The notes beneath the pieces were generated by a model. That model was not told where the DNA came from. It did no database searches and saw only the letters and a program-made list of their open reading frames with translations. A program made the translations under genes and the position numbers. Below, piece after piece: positions 56,544 through 64,000 of a stretch of DNA of 64,000 bases (position 1 is the stretch's first letter; each line of letters opens with the position of its first letter). The stretch comes from an uncultured Chitinophagaceae bacterium (GTDB lineage Bacteria > Bacteroidota > Bacteroidia > Chitinophagales > LD1), in contig CAZIBY010000006.1 in NCBI GenBank assembly GCA_964537475.1, positions 154,641-218,640 on the forward strand, written 5' to 3'.

Positions 56544-56617
56544 AAATATTTGTGGACAAAGCGGCCTGACGTGTGGAAACAAAGTCGGGTTGCATGCGTA
56601 AAATAATTTTGGTTAAC

Positions 56618-56625
56618 TATATTTG
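56618..56625 (+). promoter_or_regulatory. Candidate -7 promoter box (TAtaTTTG) upstream of gldK
   Basis: TATATTTG matches TAnnTTTG and lies 72 nt upstream of the gldK ATG. I found no convincingly spaced -33 element. Confidence 0.25.
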
Positions 56626-56697
56626 GCATTTAGAGTATTTATTTGTTACATTTACGACCTTCAAAATTTTATCGAAATCAATCTAACTCTGAGAAAA

Positions 56698-57963
56698 ATG
56701 AAAAAAATCAAAAGCATCTTGTGCATCGCTTCTGCTGCCATAGCTCTGTTTCTGGCAGGCTGCAGCGGAGGATACAACGGGCAGCTGCTCGGTGAGCAAG
56801 ATAGGCCTCGGTGGAATCCGGTGACACCATACGGTATGGTGTTCGTGCCATCAGGTGTCCTCCACATCGGCCCCAGCGATCAGGACGTGAATAGCGCCCA
56901 TGTAGCCAAGGCCAAACAAGTCTCCATAGTTGGCTTTTATATGGATGACACAGAGATCACAAATAACGAGTACCGCCAGTTTGTAAACTACGTGCGTGAC
57001 TCCGTAGCCCATGTCATGCTGGAGCATACCAAAGAGGATGCCAATAGCGGTAAATCTCAGATAGACTGGAATCAGAAAATAGACTGGAAAAAGACGGAAG
57101 GCAATGAGCAGCTGGAAGAGATCTTTGTGCCAGAGGCTCAGCGCTACTGGGGTATCAAGGAGATCGACGTCAATAAACTCTGGTATGTGTATGACTGGAT
57201 AGACTTCAAGGAAGCCGCCAAGTCTAAGAACCGTAATACAGAGCGTAGCAAGTATATCCGCCATGAGAAGTGCCAGGTATATCCCGATACACTGGTGTGG
57301 GTACGTGACTTCACCTACTCATACAATGAGCCTATGACACGCAACTACTTCCACCACCCTGCGTTTGACGACTATCCTGTAGTAGGTGTGACCTGGCCTC
57401 AGGCCAATGCCTTCTGCGCATGGAGAACCCGCCTGTGGATGGACTACAATACTGTGCGTGGTATCCCTCTGATGGACAACTTCCGCCTGCCTACAGAGGG
57501 TGAGTGGGAATATGCTGCACGCGGTGGCAAGAAACTCGCTCCATATCCATGGGGTGGTCCATATGTGCGCAACTCAAAGGGCTGCGTACTTGCAAACTTC
57601 AAGCCGGGCCGTGGCAACTATCCTGAAGATGGTGGTTTCTATACTGTACGTGCAGACGCATACTGGCCTAATGACTACGGCCTGTATAATATGGCGGGTA
57701 ATGCCGCAGAGTGGACCTCTTCTGCTTACTACGAGAATGCATACTCCTTTATCCATGACCTGAACCCCGACATCCGCTACGACGCTGAGACTGCAGAGTC
57801 TGAGACGCTGAAGCGCAAGGTGATCCGCGGTGGCTCATGGAAGGATATCGGCTACTATATAGAGACCGGTACCCGCCACTGGGAGTATTCAGACTCAGCT
57901 AAGTCTTACATAGGCTTCCGCTGCATCACTACATTCCTCGGCAGGGATATCTCTGACCACTAA
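56698..57963 (+). CDS. gldK: Gliding motility / T9SS lipoprotein GldK (PorK; FGE-sulfatase-fold)
   Basis: Lipobox ALFLAGCSGG from the ATG at 56698. MVFVPSG, YFMDDTEITNNEYRQF, GVTWPQANAFCAWR, LPTEGEWEYAARGG, NMAGNAAEWT and RGGSW are blocks of the SUMF1/GldK family. Position is upstream of gldL. Confidence 0.9.
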   Translation: MKKIKSILCIASAAIALFLAGCSGGYNGQLLGEQDRPRWNPVTPYGMVFVPSGVLHIGPSDQDVNSAHVAKAKQVSIVGFYMDDTEITNNEYRQFVNYVRDSVAHVMLEHTKEDANSGKSQIDWNQKIDWKKTEGNEQLEEIFVPEAQRYWGIKEIDVNKLWYVYDWIDFKEAAKSKNRNTERSKYIRHEKCQVYPDTLVWVRDFTYSYNEPMTRNYFHHPAFDDYPVVGVTWPQANAFCAWRTRLWMDYNTVRGIPLMDNFRLPTEGEWEYAARGGKKLAPYPWGGPYVRNSKGCVLANFKPGRGNYPEDGGFYTVRADAYWPNDYGLYNMAGNAAEWTSSAYYENAYSFIHDLNPDIRYDAETAESETLKRKVIRGGSWKDIGYYIETGTRHWEYSDSAKSYIGFRCITTFLGRDISDH

Positions 57964-58070
57964 AATCTGATATTGATTATTCGCATCAATGTGACTTTTA
58001 GGTCCTAATTAGGTTTTCATATTATCAACCATATCAATCTTTCAAATTAACCCTCAAAAAATCGAAAAAA

Positions 58071-58733
58071 ATGGCTGGACAAAACAAATCTTTCTTCCTC
58101 ACCAAAAGCGGTAAGACAATTCTCAACTATGCATATTCTGGTGGTGCGGCAGTCGTAATCATGGGTGCACTCTTCAAGATCATGCACTGGCCGGGTGCCA
58201 ACCAAATGCTCATCGCAGGTATGGGTACTGAGGTTATCATATTCCTCATCTCAGCTTTCGAGCCTCAGTTTGATACGCATCTGGAGTACGAGTGGGAGAG
58301 GGTATATCCTGAGCTCCTCTCTACTGAGCCTGTAGCCAAGAAATCATCAGAAAAGCCACTCACTCAGCAGCTCGACAAGATGCTGGCTGAAAATAAGGTA
58401 GGTCCTGAGCTGATCAGCAGCCTGGGCAAAGGCCTCTCAAGCCTCGCTGACAGCACCGGCAAACTGAACGACCTCACTGAGGCTTCTGTAGCTGTAAATG
58501 ACTTCGCTAAGAACGCTAAAAGCGCTTCCGGCAATATCGTAAACTTCGCTTCTGCAGCAGCTACTGCTACCAGCGCTGTATCTGATATAGGCAAGAGCGC
58601 TGCGGTACTGTCTGAGACAGCAAACGATGCGACCAAATTCAAGGAGCAACTAGGTCAGCTCAATAAGAATCTCGCTAATCTGAACTCTGTATACGGCAAT
58701 ATGCTCTCAGCTATGAGGACAAACAACGCGTAA
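58071..58733 (+). CDS. gldL: Gliding motility / T9SS protein GldL (PorL)
   Basis: 220 aa. Two N-terminal TM helices with the conserved GAAVVIMGALFKIMHWPGA...GMGTEVIIFLISAFEP. Operon position fits. Confidence 0.9.
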   Translation: MAGQNKSFFLTKSGKTILNYAYSGGAAVVIMGALFKIMHWPGANQMLIAGMGTEVIIFLISAFEPQFDTHLEYEWERVYPELLSTEPVAKKSSEKPLTQQLDKMLAENKVGPELISSLGKGLSSLADSTGKLNDLTEASVAVNDFAKNAKSASGNIVNFASAAATATSAVSDIGKSAAVLSETANDATKFKEQLGQLNKNLANLNSVYGNMLSAMRTNNA

Positions 58734-58778
58734 TTGATAGTAAATAATTCGTTTAACCCTTTAAACTGAGAATAAAAA

Positions 58779-60269
58779 ATGGCAGGAGGTAAACTAACGC
58801 CACGGCAGAAGATGATCAACATGATGTACCTCGTGTTGACAGCGCTTCTCGCTATGAACGTTTCTGCAGAGATCTTGAACGCCTTCAAAACTGTGAATAA
58901 CTCTATCACCAACTCAAACGGGATGATAGACACAAAGAATGAGAAGGTGGTAAAAGGCCTCGAGAATGAAAGGAAAAATCAACCTGAGAAGGTAGCAGAG
59001 TTGATGAAGCTCGTAGAAGAGATCAAGGCTAAATCAGATGAAACAGCGGGCTACATAGAAGGTCTGGAGAAACAACTCAACAAGGCTGAAAACGACGCTG
59101 ACCTGGAGGTAGGCACACACCTGCTCGCTGAGGGCAAGGATGGCGAGCTGCTAAAACAAAAACTGGAAGGCTTTTCATCTGATATCACTAAGATCATGAC
59201 CAAGTATCCGCTCCCATCGGCTATACCTGTAGACGTGACTCCGCCTAAGACTGCGGAGAGCGGCCAGAAGCTCGAGTGGAGGCAGGCATACTTTCACATG
59301 GTGCCAAAGGTAGCAGCGCTGACTATCCTCAATAAGTTTAAGAATGACGTAAAGACGACCGAAGCTATGTGCCTCGACCGTCTGGCCAAAGAAGCGGTGT
59401 CTGTAGAGGTAACCCTCGACAAGTTTGAGCCGCTGGTTAGTGCAAAGTCTTCTTATGTACTCGTGGGTGATAAGTATGAAGCTACGATAGGTCTCGGTGC
59501 TTATAGCACGGCGATCGTTCCTGAGGTTTACGTAGGCGGTAGCCGCGTAGAAGTAAAGGATGGCAAGGCTACATACACAGTAAACGCAAACTCAGCTGGT
59601 AGCTTCACAGTGCCTACACTCGTGAAGATACCTAAGAGGTCTGGTGGCTTCGAAGAAGCTAAGGGCGAGCTGAAGTATGAAGTAGGTGTACCTGCAGGTG
59701 CTGCGGTCATGCTCGACAAGATGAACGTGGTATACATCGGTGTAGACAACCCTATCACTGTATCGTCAGGCTCTGGTGCTGAGAAGACCAGCGTGACTCC
59801 ATCTGGTGGTGGTATGTCAGTAGCCAAGGGCGCAGGTCCTGGCAAGTACATCGTGAAGGCGACTACACCTGACCTGAAGGCTAACCTCAAGGTAGCGGTG
59901 ACAGGTGGCAAGGCGACTGACTTCCCTATCCGTGTCAAGAGGATCCCGGATCCGGTACCTACACTCGGTGGCAAACTGCGTGGAGGTAATGCACAGCCTG
60001 GTACGCTGAAGGCTCAGACTGGTATCGTACCGGTACTTGACAACTTTGACTTTGAAGCACGCTTCAATGTAGAAAGCTATGACATGGTGTTCGCCTCTAA
60101 GGGTGAGATCTTCCGTGCTACAGCATCCGGTCCGCTCTTCAGCCCTCAGATGCTCACATTCATCAGCCGTGCCAAGCCTAAGGATGTGATCTACCTGGAG
60201 GAGATCAAGGTAAGAGGTCCGGATGGTACACCGCGTAAGATCGGTCAGATCGTATTCACCGTACAATAA
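58779..60269 (+). CDS. gldM: Gliding motility / T9SS protein GldM (PorM)
   Basis: N-terminus MAGGKLTPRQKMINMMYLVLTALLAMNVS (the hallmark GldM start), a single TM, and a long periplasmic region. Confidence 0.9.
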   Translation: MAGGKLTPRQKMINMMYLVLTALLAMNVSAEILNAFKTVNNSITNSNGMIDTKNEKVVKGLENERKNQPEKVAELMKLVEEIKAKSDETAGYIEGLEKQLNKAENDADLEVGTHLLAEGKDGELLKQKLEGFSSDITKIMTKYPLPSAIPVDVTPPKTAESGQKLEWRQAYFHMVPKVAALTILNKFKNDVKTTEAMCLDRLAKEAVSVEVTLDKFEPLVSAKSSYVLVGDKYEATIGLGAYSTAIVPEVYVGGSRVEVKDGKATYTVNANSAGSFTVPTLVKIPKRSGGFEEAKGELKYEVGVPAGAAVMLDKMNVVYIGVDNPITVSSGSGAEKTSVTPSGGGMSVAKGAGPGKYIVKATTPDLKANLKVAVTGGKATDFPIRVKRIPDPVPTLGGKLRGGNAQPGTLKAQTGIVPVLDNFDFEARFNVESYDMVFASKGEIFRATASGPLFSPQMLTFISRAKPKDVIYLEEIKVRGPDGTPRKIGQIVFTVQ

Positions 60270-60295
60270 CAAAGAAACAAGCAAAGCAAGATAAT

Positions 60296-61120
60296 ATGTT
60301 CAAAGCAGGAAAAATACTGGCAGCAGTGGGGCTGATGGTCTCAGCCGGATCACTCTTTGCGCAGGAGCCACTGGATGGTGCCTACCAGAAGACGGTGACC
60401 AAGGAGAAAGAGATCATCCCATACGACTATCTGCGTGAGGCTGATATCTTCTGGCAGAAGCGTATCTGGAGAGTGATAGACACTCGTGAGAAAATGAATC
60501 TCCCGTTTGCCTATCCACAGCAGCCACTCATAGAGATCGTACACACAGCCGCTAAAAATGGTGAGCTGACAGTATATGACAACGCCGTGGAAAATGGCGA
60601 TCAGTTCAAGGCTGTACTCGCAGTAGACGATGTCAAGAAGATCGGCTCCAAGGAAGATACCATCACCAGCATCAATCCGGTGACACTGGAGGAAGAAACC
60701 AAAGTGGTAAAGAACGAGCTCACATGGGATCGTGTCACTAAGTTTCGTCTGAAGGAAGATTGGCTCTTTGATGAGGAGACATCTACCATGATGTGCCGTA
60801 TCATCGGTCTGGCTCCGGTCATGGAGGACAAGGATGCCGATGGCAACTATCGTGGTGACCTCGTGATGTACTGGTGCTACTATCCTGACCTGCGCCCTAT
60901 ACTGGCCAAGTATGAGGTGTACAACCCTAAGAATGATGCGGTACGTATCAGCTGGGAGGACCTCTTTGAGGCACGTATGTTTGAGAGCTATATCTACAAG
61001 GAGTCAAACGTATATGACCGCCAGATCAAGGAGTATGCCTCTGGTGTAGACCTCCTGCTGGAGTCTGACCGTATCAAAAACGATATGTTCGTATTTGAGC
61101 ACGATCTCTGGAACTATTAA
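60296..61120 (+). CDS. gldN: Gliding motility / T9SS protein GldN (PorN)
   Basis: Signal peptide. IPYDYLREADIFWQKRIWRVIDTREKMN and EDWLFDEETS blocks are typical of GldN. It is the last gene of the cluster. Confidence 0.9.
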   Translation: MFKAGKILAAVGLMVSAGSLFAQEPLDGAYQKTVTKEKEIIPYDYLREADIFWQKRIWRVIDTREKMNLPFAYPQQPLIEIVHTAAKNGELTVYDNAVENGDQFKAVLAVDDVKKIGSKEDTITSINPVTLEEETKVVKNELTWDRVTKFRLKEDWLFDEETSTMMCRIIGLAPVMEDKDADGNYRGDLVMYWCYYPDLRPILAKYEVYNPKNDAVRISWEDLFEARMFESYIYKESNVYDRQIKEYASGVDLLLESDRIKNDMFVFEHDLWNY

Positions 61121-61144
61121 TATTCAGATCAAGATACCGGAAAA

Positions 61145-61167
61145 GGGGAGCATATGCTCCCCTTTTT
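61145..61167 (+). terminator. Rho-independent terminator after gldN
   Basis: GGGGAGCAT (61145-61153) pairs directly with ATGCTCCCC (61154-61162) and is followed by TTTTTCTTT. Confidence 0.75.
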
Positions 61168-61368
61168 CTTTGAAGGCTATGCCATTCGAGGGGTGCCATT
61201 ATTTCGCGATTCTTCTGTGTGAGCCTAATGAAGACAACCCAGAAAAAGGTAGTGAAGATTAAGTCTCCCCTTTGGGGAGATTCAGAGGGGCCACAAAATC
61301 AGACAATACACAATACCCGTTCACAAGCGCGTTTATTTAATAGCTGATTTCATCCGACTTTTGAAGCA

Positions 61369-61680
61369 ATGATTGACAAGCTCAGGTCATATTTTCTCCG
61401 GCTGCCTGCCGTATTCCGCAATGTGTTCTTCCTGTCGGGAGCTGCGTTTGCTATATGGATGCTGTTCTTTGATGAGAATAATATGATGGTGCAGTACCAC
61501 CGCCGTCACCAGCTCTCTGACCTGAGCCGCAAGGCCAGATACTACCGCCAGGAGATAGCCCGCGTAGATGATCAGATAGATCAGCTCACTACCAATAGCG
61601 CCACGCAGGAGCGCTACGCCCGTGAGAACTATATGATGAAAAGGGATAGTGAAGACGTCTTCGTCATAGTCCAGCGCTGA
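61369..61680 (+). CDS. Septum formation initiator (FtsB/DivIC-like) protein
   Basis: 103 aa. An N-terminal TM helix (VFFLSGAAFAIWMLFF), then a coiled-coil with a Q/R-rich heptad pattern and the ending ERYARENYMMKRDSEDVFVI, typical of the family. Confidence 0.6.
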   Translation: MIDKLRSYFLRLPAVFRNVFFLSGAAFAIWMLFFDENNMMVQYHRRHQLSDLSRKARYYRQEIARVDDQIDQLTTNSATQERYARENYMMKRDSEDVFVIVQR

Positions 61681-61827
61681 TATACCGCGCCTTCCCCACA
61701 GCAGATTGGCATTATTTTATTTGTAGCAGCCACGCAGGCATATTGGGCCGTTTCAGCCGGTCATATTTCCTTGCTACGCCTATTATGCCTTTATTTACAC
61801 CCACAAATCTAAATCAGCATCGTATAG

Positions 61828-62730
61828 ATGAGTCTTAGTCTCAACCATCTCAAGACACTGGAGTCAGAGGCGATCTACGTGATCCGCGAGGCCGCCGCCC
61901 AGTTTCAGAATCCATGCATCCTTTTCAGCGGAGGTAAGGATTCCATCGCCGTCACCTATCTGGCCAAAAAAGCCTTTTATCCTGCGGCGATCCCTTTCCC
62001 GCTCATACACATAGACACGGGGCACAACTTCCCCGAGACCATAGCCTATCGTGATCAGCTCGTGGCAAAGCTCGGCGTACGCCTGATAGTAGGCTCTGTG
62101 CAGGAGTCGATAGACAAGGCACGTGTAGCCGAGGAGAAGGGCTTCAACGCATCGCGCATCCGGCTGCAGACCACTACACTGCTCGATACTATAGAGGAGT
62201 TCAAATTTGACTGTGCACTCGGTGGCGCCCGCCGTGATGAGGAGAAAGCCCGTGCCAAAGAGCGTTTCTTTTCGCATCGTGATGAGTTTGGCCAGTGGGA
62301 CCCCAAGAACCAGCGCCCGGAGCTCTGGAACCTCTTTAATGGCCGCAAGCATGTAGGCGAGCACTTTCGCGTCTTCCCGATTTCAAACTGGACCGAGCTG
62401 GATGTCTGGCAATATATGGCCATGGAAGGTATCGAGCTGCCTACACTGTATTTCGCTCACAAGCGCAAGGTATTTGAGCGCGATGGTGTGCTGCTGGCAG
62501 AGAGTGAGCATATCCCTATGAAACCTAATGAGGTACCGCAGGAGCAAATGATCCGCTTCCGCACCATAGGCGATATTACCTCCACAGGTGCCACTGTGAG
62601 CACGGCAGCTACCATAGACGAGATCATACAGGAGGTAGCCTCCACCCGCGTCACAGAGCGCGGTGGCCGCGCGGACGACAAGCGCAGCGAGACCAGCATG
62701 GAGGACCGCAAGAAGGAAGGATATTTTTAA
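61828..62730 (+). CDS. cysD: Sulfate adenylyltransferase subunit 2
   Basis: 300 aa. LESEAIYVIRE, PP-loop ILFSGGKDS, GGARRDEEKARAKERFFS and WNLFN blocks of CysD. Confidence 0.95.
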   Translation: MSLSLNHLKTLESEAIYVIREAAAQFQNPCILFSGGKDSIAVTYLAKKAFYPAAIPFPLIHIDTGHNFPETIAYRDQLVAKLGVRLIVGSVQESIDKARVAEEKGFNASRIRLQTTTLLDTIEEFKFDCALGGARRDEEKARAKERFFSHRDEFGQWDPKNQRPELWNLFNGRKHVGEHFRVFPISNWTELDVWQYMAMEGIELPTLYFAHKRKVFERDGVLLAESEHIPMKPNEVPQEQMIRFRTIGDITSTGATVSTAATIDEIIQEVASTRVTERGGRADDKRSETSMEDRKKEGYF

Positions 62731-62808
62731 AGAAAACTGAATGGTATAAAGTATAGAGAGACTTGTATTGTCTCACTACTCAATACCCAATACTCAATAC
62801 TAAAAGGA

Positions 62809-64000
62809 ATGTTCGACAGCAATAGTTATCTCAATATGGAGCTGATGCGCTTCACTACCGCAGGCAGCGTAGACGATGGCAAGTCAACCCTCATAGGCCG
62901 CTTGCTCTATGATAGCAAATCAATTTTTGAAGATCAGCTGGAGAGTATCAGGGCTACTAGTGAAAGGAGAGGGGAGAACTATGTCAATCTTGCCCTGCTC
63001 ACTGATGGCCTCCGTGCTGAGCGCGAGCAGGGCATCACGATAGATGTAGCCTATCGCTACTTCTCTACGCCCAAGAGGAAGTTTATCATAGCAGATACGC
63101 CGGGCCACATACAGTACACGCGAAACATGGTGACCGGCGCCTCTACTGCCAATCTCGCCATCATACTCGTAGACGCGCGCAATGGCGTAGTAGAGCAGAC
63201 GCGCCGCCACTCACTCATAGCCTCGCTGCTCGGTATACCGCACATAGCCGTTTGCATCAATAAGATGGACCTCGTAGACTACTCTCAGGAGCAGTATGAC
63301 AAGATCGTAAAGGACTATCGCGATTTTGCCGCCAGGCTCAAGGTAAAAGACATCCACTTCCTGCCTATCTCTGCGCTGCACGGAGATAATGTAGTGACAC
63401 GTTCTGCCAAAATGCCCTGGTACGAGGGCGTGACACTTCTGTATCTGTTGGAGACGGTACACATAGCCGGCGATACTAATCACATCGATGCACGCTTCCC
63501 CGTACAGTATGTGATCCGTCCGTACAATGATGAGTTTCACGACTACCGTGGCTATGCTGGCCGCCTCTCTGGTGGCGTACTGCGCCCAGGCGATAAGGTC
63601 ACTGTATTACCTTCAGGATTTCAGAGTACCATCAAGGCCATAGAGCTGGATGGCAAGCAACTCGAAGAAGCATTTGCACCCATGTCTGTCACCATCTTGC
63701 TCAATGATGATATAGATATCAGCCGTGGCGATATGATTGTGCGCGACAATAACAAACCACAGATAGAGCAGGATATAGAGGCCATGATCTGCTGGCTGGG
63801 AGACCAGCCGCTCCGGCCTAACGGCAAGTATGCCCTCAAGCATACCACTCGCGATGCCCGGGCAGTGATCAAGGATATCAAGTACAAACTCGATATCAGT
63901 ACCCTGCACCGTATCACAGAGAATCCTGAAATAGCTGCCAATGACATAGGCCGCATCAGCATACGCACTACGGCACCGCTCATGTATGACCCCTACACGC
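62809..64000 (+). CDS. cysN: Sulfate adenylyltransferase subunit 1 (GTPase), 3' end off-window
   Basis: Not in the ORF track (no stop inside the window). My translation from the ATG at 62809 gives MFDSNSYLNMELMRFTTAGSVDDGKSTLIGRLLYDSK... with G1 GSVDDGKST, G3 DTPGH and G4 NKMD, open to nt 64000. Confidence 0.9.
   Translation, partial: MFDSNSYLNMELMRFTTAGSVDDGKSTLIGRLLYDSKSIFEDQLESIRATSERRGENYVNLALLTDGLRAEREQGITIDVAYRYFSTPKRKFIIADTPGHIQYTRNMVTGASTANLAIILVDARNGVVEQTRRHSLIASLLGIPHIAVCINKMDLVDYSQEQYDKIVKDYRDFAARLKVKDIHFLPISALHGDNVVTRSAKMPWYEGVTLLYLLETVHIAGDTNHIDARFPVQYVIRPYNDEFHDYRGYAGRLSGGVLRPGDKVTVLPSGFQSTIKAIELDGKQLEEAFAPMSVTILLNDDIDISRGDMIVRDNNKPQIEQDIEAMICWLGDQPLRPNGKYALKHTTRDARAVIKDIKYKLDISTLHRITENPEIAANDIGRISIRTTAPLMYDPYT

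Noticed and set aside
61170-61368. Short hairpin TCTCCCC-ttt-GGGGAGA (61264-61280) and a 27-codon ORF (MPFEGCHYFAILLCEPNEDNPEKGSED) between gldN and the ftsB-like gene
   Set aside because: The hairpin has no U-tract and lies beyond the strong gldN terminator. The mini-ORF has no supporting context. There is too little evidence for a feature.
61681-61827. Possible SAM or other riboswitch upstream of cysD-cysN
   Set aside because: I could not find the conserved SAM-I/SAM-II core blocks or a convincing multi-stem structure by eye. An Rfam scan would be needed to exclude it.
62745-62808. Recurring CAATAC/AATACT-type words in short spacers before cysN (62781-62800), the ftsB-like gene (61293-61310), the small membrane gene (33198-33206) and RidA (694-715)
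   Set aside because: The words are short and AT-rich, and their spacing to the start codons is inconsistent. Without genome-wide word statistics I cannot separate this from composition-driven chance.

Overview
The window reads as a chromosomal segment of a gliding Bacteroidota bacterium. I cannot resolve the lineage further by eye. It holds about 55 protein genes at high coding density, and most are housekeeping: priA, glyA, serA, eno, galT-galK, hemW, a class A PBP, pyrH-frr, carA, uvrB and cysD-cysN. cysN runs off the 3' end and an aldehyde dehydrogenase runs off the 5' end. The lineage marker is a contiguous type IX secretion / gliding core (porP/sprF-like, then gldK, gldL, gldM, gldN) at 55.6-61.1 kb. 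Two proteins carry T9SS C-terminal sorting domains: a small one at 9.7 kb and a 1135-aa SprB-repeat/dockerin/cohesin-like adhesin at 35.3-38.7 kb. A 719-aa collagen-like (G-X-Y) secreted protein is also present. Non-coding calls are a TPP (THI-box) riboswitch in front of a stand-alone TonB-dependent receptor, several intrinsic terminators, and one RAYT transposase bracketed by exactly inverted REP hairpins. I found no rRNA, tRNA or CRISPR array. The items most worth a second look are these. (1) The RAYT/REP module sits between two copies of the last ~10 codons of uvrB. (2) A zeta-toxin-like P-loop kinase lies between glyA and priA, with an unlisted 58-aa ORF overlapping its 3' end. (3) A 61-aa pure Lys/Ala/Pro-repeat ORF lies next to a HemD-like protein that has a ~100-aa basic low-complexity N-terminal extension. 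(4) An orphan 479-aa all-helical protein is divergently transcribed from the giant adhesin. (5) A perfect 12-bp inverted repeat lies 19 nt upstream of the porP-gldKLMN cluster. All family names come from motifs I recognise by eye. No similarity search was run. Start codons were re-picked where the ORF track clearly over-extends.
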